From positions 372,001 to 436,000 of the forward strand of contig DF236957.1 in assembly GCA_000708835.1 (NCBI GenBank): DNA of 64,000 nucleotides, written 5' to 3'. How positions within the stretch are numbered: position 1 is the stretch's first letter; every line of letters begins with the position of its first letter. Below are positions 24,027 through 34,126 of this stretch, one piece after another. The position numbers and the translations under genes were made by a program. The notes under the pieces are model-generated. The model saw only the letters and a program-made list of their open reading frames with translations. It was not told the DNA's origin and searched no databases. The DNA is from Klebsormidium nitens. Lineage: Eukaryota > Plantae > Klebsormidiophyceae.

Positions 24027-24147
24027 ATGGCATTGAAACATAAGGCTCGTTCGATTGAGAACGAGCCTTATGTTTAGGCTCATGCTCTGTGCAATCGTAG
24101 CTGTCAGAGTCGCTCGCTCTCGATCGAACCTTATGTTTCAATGCCAT
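24027..24147. repeat. Nested inverted repeats (foldback)
   Basis: Perfect 17-bp stem 24036-24052/24059-24075 with a 6-nt loop; a second 19-bp arm at 24129-24147 is the reverse complement of 24027-24045. Confidence 0.9.
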
Positions 24148-24606
24148 CATAGTGACAAGCACAAGCCTTCGAAATTCATCGACTCCACCTTTCAGCGTTC
24201 GACCTCGCGACTGTTTCAAGGTTGCCAGATTCGAACGAGCTGCGCTTTGTCTTAAATTCACCCATACATCTAGGGACTTCAGCAAACAAGACAGACTTTT
24301 AGGGCAGAATTCCACGGTATACGTATGCATGTCAGACGGTCAGACTAATCAGCTTGTCATGTAGTACCCGTCATGTATGCCATGAACTCCCGAACTGCTG
24401 TCATGCAGGCCGGGCTTGTCCTCTAGATTGCAACGCATGCCATGTTCCCTTGCTGTCATCATTGCTCTTTACATTTTGGTGGATTTTGGCGGACTTGCGG
24501 GTCACATGTCAAGAGCCTGTGGTCACTTCCGACCCAGATGCTCGTCAATCACAACGGGTCAACAATCTCAGCTAGCCAATAAAAAAAGAAAGAAACGAAC
24601 GCGGTC

Positions 24607-27051
24607 CTACTTGCGTAATCGTTTTCCTACTACCTTGAGCGCGGTAATGCATCCTCCCACCAACCCCGACGCAAACGACAGGAACGTCCGCCACAGCGTG
24701 GCCTCCTTGCGCTTTACCGTAACCGCATAAAGCAAGCCGAAACCCAGCATGGCATAACCATAATAGGCATAAACTTGGGTGGCCAACTCAAACCAGCTCC
24801 ATGGGTCTATTGCCTTGACGACATTGACCCCCCGGGAGTTCAATCGCATGTTGACGATTGCAATTTCAGACGGACCGCTGGGGTAGAATGAGATTTGACC
24901 GTCGAACGGCGGGAGGGTATAGATGGACTCCCCGGTCCCCGTTCTGTCCTGCACCCGGTATTGCCAGAGGAAAAACTCATCAGAACAAACGTAGCTTCAA
25001 CAGAACACGCATTGCAACACGATGTGTGCCCAAGGTTTGAAACTATATCAGTCCGATGCACCAGGCGCCAAGCCGTAAGATTGAAAAGAGGATCAGAACG
25101 AAGCTGACTGGCGACGAAACAAAGAAATGAGGATGGCAGTAAATTAGTGCATTCAGGCAAGCCCCTTCAGGTCAGGCCTACGTCCGCAAACCGGTCGACC
25201 TAACCGCTCTCTGTCGGTTCGACCTTTTCGTGTCTGCAATTAAGGCTGAAGCTTCAGCAATCATCCAACAATGTGTCACATCCGAACTTTTCCTCGGAAT
25301 CTGTTAAAAGACCCGGCTTTCGAATAATTCCTGAGACTCTAACGAGCGACCAATAGACCAAACAAAGTCAAATGGTGTCTAGCAGCCATGTGGGCCACTC
25401 GAATCTGGGCGATCTTCCAAACCAGCGAACCATCATATCCAGTTGCAGAGACCCCTGAAGCAAGAGATTATTGAAACCTGACCGATGTTCCGCTAGGTCC
25501 GATACTGCCGGAAACTTCCTCCTCAAGGATCGAGAGTGACGGGTACCGGCGACCACACAAGTTGGAAAAGATTTAGAGTCCTAAAGAAGCAGCTGAAGTC
25601 ACTCCTAACAAGAGGACTCACATGATTCTTGTTGAGATCGACCGAATCCATCAGGGACAAAGTCAAGCGCGCCTGTTGGGATAGAGGGAGCTCCTGGATG
25701 AATCGAGACCTGATGCTTGTAGTCTGGTTCGGTAGCGGCTCCGATGAGAAAGTAGACAAGAGGAAATACGTGCGCTGGAAGAGAGGGTCCGCGGGCGGTG
25801 AACGATACGTGAACGTAATCGAGAGTGCGATCGTATCCCCTATGTAATCGTCTTTCTTGACAGTGTACCCCGTAAGATTGTATCCGAAGCAGAGGCCGTA
25901 GTTAGTCACCGTAGTTTGAACGGGACAATTGCTGGAAACGACTTCAAACACCCGATCAGCCGTCCGACTGGCATTCCACATCAAGGGCAGCGTTGCGTTA
26001 TAATCAAAGGGCGGCGAGTCTCCGGAAATGAATTGGCAACTGGCAACAAATCCGTACAGGATGATGTCATCAAAAACGGTGCTTGTCGGGGTGGGGCAGA
26101 TATAAAAGTATGGGAGATTGATGTCCTGAGCTTCATATGCAGAAGAGATGGCAGGATGGTCGCGCGCCTGTCGCCTCTGCAGGGGGAGAACGGAAACTAA
26201 TCGGACTGGTCGTATGGTAGAGCATTCTGTTTCATTGGGATGATCCTTTAGCTCCTCTGCAAAGCGGGCGGGTTGTCTTGATGTTTAAGCGAGGCAACCA
26301 AGCGTGCTGTTACTCACGGCAGGTGCTAGCCTTTGCCTTGACACTCATGCATCCAGTCTTAACCGTGACTTAGGCAACCAGAAATATTACCCGAGATGCA
26401 AATCAGAGTCCAGAACCTTTAGGGGCTTAAGGTTATAACTTGGTATGAAAGAGGCCTTCTTCTACCGCTAGGCTCTCAGGTGCCAGGGGCATGTCAAAAG
26501 GCAACAAGAAGTACACAGATGTAAGTTAAACTCTATCGTTGGCTGCTCCACTGAGCTCAAGACTTGAACGATCTGACTTGCTCGAAGTGGGCAGATTAAG
26601 CGCGTGGCAATGTCAAGTAAAACCTGGCGGCACCGCTGGTTGATGGCTCCTATTATCCTGTGTAGGAGCAGGACCTACAGGGCTCCATTCCAAGTGCTGT
26701 GCAAGTGTAAGCACTTGAACCTCCTCAACAGTGCATTGACGCTATGGTGCTCCCATGGTACTATAAATCACTATCTGGGCACTTCTACTCAATCAGCAAA
26801 AATCTGAAAATTGGACCTCTTACAATGATGCATGACAGTGTCTCAGACGCATCTCAGACTGGGGCTGGATTCTAGAAGAGAGGGGCAGAGGTGCGCGCCA
26901 CAGAGGGGCAGATCGAGGCACTCACCCCAATGATATAGAAGATGGTTGGCAGCAATGGTAACAGCATTATGAAAACAAACGTTCTCCATGCGCAGCATTG
27001 TTCCTTGTCGCCTTCCACGTCGCTGGGGGGAAGCAGGCTGAGGATGCCCAT
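24607..27051 (-). CDS. Two-TM membrane protein with ~230-aa ectodomain; candidate PAC(TMEM206)/DEG-ENaC-superfamily channel, ~340 aa
   Basis: Exons 27051-26926, 26176-25622, 24948-24607; all phase 0, GT-AG. TM1 TFVFIMLLPLLPTIFYIIG; post-TM1 HPAISSAYEAQDINLPYFYICP; VTNYGLCFGYN; four NxT/S sequons; pre-TM2/TM2 AIVNMRLNSRGVNVVKAIDPWSWFELATQVYAYYGYAMLGFGLLYAV. The gene model is well supported; the family call is inferred. Confidence 0.72.
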
Positions 27052-27166
27052 TGCCAGGTGTCAGCTCTCAGTCCACCAATCGATTGGCACACCGCTGGCA
27101 AAAGGACTGGTGGATTCCTCACTTACCCAGAGTTTGAGAGTTCAGTCAATGAAACAGAGTCAATGG

Positions 27167-27320
27167 GTTCAATGAGCGTTGCCAGCAGGACTTTCCTGCC
27201 TCCCAATGAGCGCTGGCCAGCAGGACTTTCAATGAGCGCTGCAGGCCAGCAGGACTTTCAATGAACGCTGGCAAGCAGGACCTTCAATGAGCGCTGGCCA
27301 GCAGGGTTTTCTTGCCTCCC
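27167..27320. repeat. Short degenerate tandem repeat (~25-35 bp, about 5 copies)
   Basis: Core CAATGAGCGCTGGCCAGCAGGACTTT repeated with variants, just upstream of the 2-TM gene start. Confidence 0.85.
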
Positions 27321-27897
27321 AATATTGGCGTGACCTTAAGTTAGCGGACAGGCGCACTTCTTTGAGCCGCAGGACCCCAAACACTCAGCAGGCAAATGTG
27401 AGGCAAATATCAGCAGCTTCATTAAATAGTGATGGGGGGACGACTTGCAGCCAACCCGGAAACTTTGTGACGGGTTCCCAGCAGCGCCAATTCAGGCAGG
27501 CCGAGGAGAAGGAGGAGGAGCCAGGGCCCAGCGAGCTCGGGCTTACCCAGCTTGGCACTGGCAGCTGGTTAGACGGTCTCCAGATCCCGATTTTGAAATA
27601 CCGTACTGCTACGAATTTTCGGCAAAAATAAATAATAATATGTGCCCTCAGGCTTCAGCTGGAAAATGTTTTGGAGCCACAATGGTCGATCACGGTACTT
27701 TTTAGCGGGTAACACTAGGTCTGCCGAAAGGATAGGCGTCGAAGGTGCCGAAATCAAATAGCAGTACGGTATGACAAAAAATGAGTAAGGCCACGGACTC
27801 GGGAGTGCGCAAACGTCCTGCACAAGTACGACGGACGTGCACCAGCGCCTGCTTCAAAGTTCATATCGTACGGTACTAGGTAGGTACCACTTTAATA

Positions 27898-28311
27898 GGG
27901 CCTATTCAGACCAAAAGTTGGGTCAGCGCTCCACAATCGAGGTTTTTTGGCCAATTGCAAGGTACATTTCTCCGGGTTCTCGGTCACAAATCTGGTGTAT
28001 TCAGACCGGTTCTAGGTTTCAGGGTGAAAATTTGGGTTCCCTGCCACGTGGAAGCTGGGCCTGTCAACTGGATTCGCCGAGCGACGTCACGACTGGCACA
28101 GAGACCCAAGAATCGAAGAACCGAGAACCGAGAACCCGCCCGAATAGCACGTTCACGGGTTTCGACATTTTCGAGAACCTGGGTCTCCGAAAACAACCGA
28201 GAACCGAGTTCGGTCTGATGCACCGTCTGTCAACTTGGGTTCCCGATCGCGACCCAGGTTCTCCATTTTGGCTGGGGAACCCGAAACCCAAAGCTCGGTC
28301 TGAATAGGCCC
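27898..28311. mobile_element. Tourist-like (PIF/Harbinger) MITE, ~414 bp
   Basis: Perfect TIR GGGCCTATTCAGACC...GGTCTGAATAGGCCC; flanks ATA/TTA (TWA-type target, one mismatch); internal GAACC(C)/GGTTC sub-repeats; no coding capacity. Confidence 0.78.
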
Positions 28312-30345
28312 TTATTAGTATACCCGGTACCGTGCTACCGTACGTACCTCTTTAAAGTGTACCGGTCCGCTTATCCCGAAGGTTCGGGCTACAGTAAGTG
28401 CGCCTGACTCGGACAAGTCTCCGAGTCACACACTTGCAGCAAGACCGTACAACCGCGCCAGATGGCTTCCTGTCAGCACCCCCGCCTGATTCAACAAGAA
28501 AGCATATGATTAAACAAAGTACGGTACATGTGCTCCAAAAGAGTCTAAATCCGGGTCCCGCCGGCCGGCGCGTTTGACGTCGAGTCTGACAGGTCCACCA
28601 GGCGGGCCCCGGGGCTGCGCGTATTGACACTTTAATTTGACAGTCGGTTAAATCCGAGCACTGTGTATAGCTGCCTGGCTGGTTGAGTAGCCAGCCGAGA
28701 CTGCCCGGCGTCGGAGCCCGGCCTCTGGGCTCCTCGACGTGCCAGTCCGATTCCCGGCGGGTGAGTTGCTCGCACAGTGCACTGATCGGATGACGTCAAC
28801 GTCCTCACCGGTCACTGTAGCTACTGCTACCGTTCTGGTACATACAAAGTACCGGTACTACCGGTACCGATGCTACAGGGTTGAAGCACTGGGTAGTAGG
28901 TACTCGATCGATCCGACAAAGCAAGTGGCTCCAAGGAAGTTTCTGAACGCCAGCTTCAGCTCATCATATGGCCTCCCTTCCACTATTAATTCTAGCTGGC
29001 ATCCTTTCCTCAGGAACTCACCCTGCCACTAACTACATGGAGGCATTTCCAGGAAGGTCACAGCTCGAGTATTCTGACTTTAAATGCAAGTCACGACGTG
29101 CCCATCAGTGAGGCACTGCACGGAGCTGCTACAGCCAAACGCGCTTCACATACCGTATCAGACAGAGGCCGTGTCTTTCCATTACCCTGGCACAAGGAAG
29201 CCAGGGAGCCCGACAATGCACACACCCAGATAGAATATAAGGCTGCGGCTTCTGCGCCAAACGAACAAGGTACACAAGGTTGGGGAGTGAGCACTAGGAG
29301 AAAGAAGAGATTGCAGCACTGTATATAGTGACTGTGCTTCATTTCCCTGATCGACAAACCTCTCCTTCGGACACAGAACGAGCATCAACGCTGCTGAAAT
29401 CTTTCCCACCTCTACGCGGCTTTCCGACGTCTGTGTCATTTTGAAAAGACTGCAACAAAGATCGCACCCTGCTCTCGTTGAACGTGACTGCATTGCTGTT
29501 TCAAGGTAGCCAGGTGAGTCAGGGAGAGCGCATAGGATCCTTCAATGCAAGTATTTCTGGAAGGCTATCTTTCATTCAAACAACATAGGTCTCTGGCTAT
29601 GTTTTGCGTCCATCTCGTCCAAGACTTTCCATTCACCAAAATGCACCTGGAAGGGCTAAGAAGAATCCATTTTGGTGCACGTCTCACAAAGGACAGCTGA
29701 CAGCGGCTGGCAGAACAAAAGGTGACACCTTTTGGACTCATATGCACTTCTCGCTGGATCTGAGGCCCACTGCTGTTGGTTGTGCCAGGACACTGAGTAA
29801 GACCAGGAATGCAAGCTTCACCCTTCGTCAAGGTGGACAAGCTCTGTTTTCTGACTGAATCTACTACCGGTAGACATCTTCTCGGCAATCTAATCTTGCA
29901 GAATACATTCTGGCAAGCTGGTTCAAGTGAGGGAACAGGTAGCTCAGTCAAAAATGTTTATCTGGGCTTGCTGAAATTGGCTAGAGGCTATGGCTTCTTT
30001 GTTTTCTGTATGCAGAGTTTGGGCCCAGTCTGTGCTAGCGCCCAACAGTGCCCGGCACTTCCAAACCTCACTTATGTTCTCCAGCTATGAAAGGGAACAT
30101 GTGCATTGCCCAGAAGCATCACTTCTGGCAGCAATTAGTTCCAAAAATAACCCACCTCTGACAATGCTGGTCTTGCTGTCTTTCCAAACTCAAGCTATTC
30201 TGAACTGAAATGCTGAAGTCCAGGTTGGCTCAGGACATTCGAGGCCATTCTGCACAGCCTCAGGTTATACAAAACCCTCTGCCTCTTTCCCCGAGCTTCT
30301 TTCTGTGTTCTGACCGCCGTGCGCTTCCTGTTCACTCCTTGCAGA

Positions 30346-33049
30346 ATGGCTGCCCGTCAACTATCAATCATACGGCTCCGTGCCCTCCTTGGCCCATGCA
30401 TGGTTATCCACCTCCTGCACTCTGCTCGCATCGCGGCAGCTGTGGTTGGCACAGTCGACCCAGCCACCGGACTCCTACCTTACCATGGGGACAACGGGCA
30501 ATACATTACGTCCTCTGGGCGCGTCTTTGTCACCTACCAAAGATGCCCCCCCGGCACCTTCATCGCAAACTGGACGATTGGGCTGTCCATTGTGGAAGGT
30601 TCGGCGGGGACTGTTGCGGGGGCCAGGGTGAAAGTGGTCACTGGGCTCTCGGGCAGTTGTTTCACGATCAACCCGCCGGCAACCTTTGTGCGCCGGCTAT
30701 GGGGTTACGGCGTCGCTTTCGAGGAGGTGCAGAACGTCTCTGTTACTTTCGCGGGCGGAAATTCCGTTGCGGGGACTTCGTTCAACGGGGTCGACTACGC
30801 CCCCGGAGGGTTGGGTGCGCTTCTTGGGTTGGGAACGGCGACGTTTCCCCGGGCGACAGCCTGGCAGGACCGATGCCCAGACGGCTCTGCCATAGACGGT
30901 TACACTATAGGTTTGTATAACCCACCCTTGAGTTACGCAATGGATCTGGTTACCGTGCAGTTTTCATGCAGCGGGGTGGCGCAAACCACAAACAATGGGA
31001 ACGCGTTAGAGGGGCCCCGGCCTTGGTACCCTCCGGCTGCTGAGCTCCTTCCAATTGACAGTCTAGACGGGTATTCTAAAACAAAGTACCCGGTTAATCC
31101 AAGCCCTCCGGTTAGCGCTCAAGAGACCTGGCTCCCATGGCACGGAAAGGGCGATCGAGAACTCCTTGAGGCGACCCAGCTGACGGCCGACAACCTTCTT
31201 CTGTTCCAAACCCAGATCTGCCCGGTTGGCAGTTTCATGGCCAGCTTGCAGATTGGTCTTTTCGGCGCCCCCACTCCAAAGGTCACTTACATCCAGGCGA
31301 ATTGCTCCAACGCAACAACCGGCACGTTTGTGGCCCGCTTGCAGCCCCTAGCAGGCAACGACCGGTCCGGGTCAATCGTAACAGTGACCCTAAGCCTGGC
31401 TAACGCAACCCGGGTTAACGGGAGCACGTCCATCACGGCCGCGGGCTCTCACCCGAGCAGCCTGTTCGGGCTTGGCACGACGTCGATTTTGGGCAACACG
31501 TGGAACGACACGTGTCCGGACGGCCAGGTTTTGGACGGCTTCCAAGGAGTGTCCGGCGGTTTGGACACCGCCGTTCAGTCGCTCCGCTTCCATTGCTCCG
31601 CCCTCAACGCGACCCCCCCCGCCGCTAATGCGTCAGTTGTGCGCCAAATTGCGGGGAATCCCCCGGGCCCAGGCCCGGCCCCTGCACCGACCGCTCTTCA
31701 AAATGTGACCTATCCGTCGGCTGCCGTCGCGGAAGGGCAGATCTTGGACCTGCTCAACGAGTTGCGGGGTCAGCAGGGGGTGGTTAACCTAACCTCGACA
31801 CCGGTTGAGAAGTGCACGGCGGCAGCGCTGGCCCAGGCGCGGGGCCTGACGTTTCCGCCCAACTGCTCAAGGGTGGACCCGTATAACCCGTAAGTCGACC
31901 AACTCTAGTTCGACGATCTTGGCCGCAACTTTGCGGCAGAAAGGTCTAGTCGAACTTTTTGAACCGCTTTCGATTTGCTATTGTCAGCGTGTGCAAACCG
32001 CCGCCTGTCATTGATCTTCTTGGCTCCCGCTTGGCAACTCTCGAAGCTGCTGTCTCTGTTGCTCGAATCAGGAAGGCCTCTTCTTCACAGCTATGTGGTC
32101 TGACTTTTGTCTTCTTATCACCTGTGACAATTTGAATTGCTCAATCATAGCAATCGTAAAACATTTTTTTCATAAGCTTCTGGAAGGAAAGCTTCCTTTC
32201 TAGCACGCCTGGTGACGTAAAGGAGCTGCAGCCGTAATGCTTTTTGTCAGACATACAAAGAAGTGTTTCCTAATGGCGACTGAATACCAGTGGCCCTGTT
32301 CATCAAAAGACAAAAAACTGGGGCGTTATAGCATCCTCCGAGATACGTCCCTTTTGTACCTTCCGCATCTGTTCATCCAAGCAAAGTTGCTCCGAGATTC
32401 TGATCGTTTCGCCGCTCGCATTAGTCGTCGTGTTATCCGTTCAAGTCGCAGGGTTAGCGAACTCCGACTCAACGCCAACCGCGGCAGTAAGGTCTCGTCT
32501 AGCTAGAACAAGAAGTTACGTTCGAGAAGTTCACTTGGAAAGAAAGCAGGAGCCTCGCCTGCGTGCAAAGACCTTTCAGTGCACCATGTCGGAGTTTTAG
32601 GGCACAATCGTTGTTGAATCCACGAATCAATGCACCAGCTTAAGCTCCCGTCAACCATTACGTCTTTCCTATGGCCACTCTTTGGATTCAACGCTAGGAA
32701 CCGGGGCATCCTTGCTTTGCAGGCGTGAACACATGGAACGTCCGTTGAAGTGCCGTCGTACTGCATGTTATTTAAAGCTGATTGGAAAGTGGTCATTGAG
32801 CGGAACCGATCATGCGCGCGCAGGTTTCTCAACTGCCTCCCAAGCAAAGCGGCGCCGGTCCCGGAGAGCCTCTTCTGGCTGACGTATTGCGAGGGCCCGG
32901 CGACTCCGCAGGAGATCGTCGCGTCGTGGAACGAGCCGGAAATCCTGCCCTTTAGCACCACACTCAACCCCAAGTTCGTCAACGTGGGGATCTCCCAGGT
33001 GGGCGCGTATACCATCGGGATATTCACAAGTGCCTACCCTCCAGCCTAA
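30346..33049 (+). CDS. Secreted protein: signal peptide, two internally duplicated Cys-containing beta-prism/lectin-like modules, Pro linker and C-terminal CAP/SCP-like domain; ~589 aa
   Basis: Exons 30346-31889 and 32824-33049 join in phase 2 (CC|G). Repeated CPxGxF/CPDGxxxDG motifs. CAP-like QILDLLNELRGQQG..PATPQEIVASWN..NPKFVNVGISQVGAYTIGIF. Confidence 0.75.
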
Positions 33050-34126
33050 TATACTATATTATGCTGGTATAGTGTAGTATAATATAGTCGAAGGGTTCGG
33101 GCCGGGCACGTATTAAGAAAGACGCTTCATATGAGGTGTTTGGAGCCGCTTTCAAGAAGAACGGTAAGGCAAGCCTGGCATGACTCGGAGTCGCCCCTTA
33201 GGATCTAGAGTGTTGCGTAGGAACAAGTGATAGCACTTAGTCAGCTGCTCCGCAGTTTTCCGAATGATTGAGAGCCCGATTGCCTTACTCATGTGCGCAC
33301 GGCGAGTGCACGTACGGGAAAGCTCTGATCGCCTGGTTTTCTAGTGGCAGCCTCGAGCACGAAGACCACTACGTGCTTTACGCATTGTCTTGCAGTAAAG
33401 ATACCAAATTTGTCTTTCAATTAAACTTGAATCCATGCGCAAATTAAATGCTGTCAGTGTAGCCTCCATTTAATCATGCACTCAGTGCTTCAATATTCCA
33501 ACGCATGCTATAGTCCATCTGCAAAACGTCGGCCCACTCACTATCGTGGCGAGTGCATAAATTGGGTGCCGCCACGTGACGATGCTAGGTCGCCCATGCA
33601 AGCGACCGGACGTTGAGCGGACTGAGTCCAATTGACTGGACGATATACGTATGCGTTGTGCAGTTAAGCGCATCTTAACTGTGCTGTAGATTCGCGAGTC
33701 CGGCCAAGTCGGAATATAACTTGCTTGAGAGTATCCGGATTGGTAGGCGTGCATGAAAGATCATCATTCATCATTGACATGCATGCATGCACTGCAAATA
33801 ATGAACAACCGACTCTGGAAATGCAAGTGACTCAGTATGCTTATGTACGTCGATTGTAAGAGCAGCAATCAATGGCCGTTGAAACGGGTATCGAAAGTTG
33901 CAAGCGGCGGGCCCGGCCTCAATAAAGTAGGTAATGCCTCTGGCTTACAAGTTTGCGACGAGAAGCTGCGAGTAGTTTCTACGATTTTGCAGTTGGATTG
34001 TGTCACCGTGAGGTCACTCGTCTACGTGTTTTACCGTCCTCCTCAATCTAGCTCAACAACAACAAGAAAAGCGATCTGTAGTCATCTACCATGATCTGCT
34101 TAGGGAATCGAGAAAATATGCGCCGC

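Noticed and set aside
30210-30920. 236-aa alternative-frame ORF overlapping the secreted gene
   Set aside because: Shadow ORF of a GC-rich coding exon; low-complexity and no motifs.
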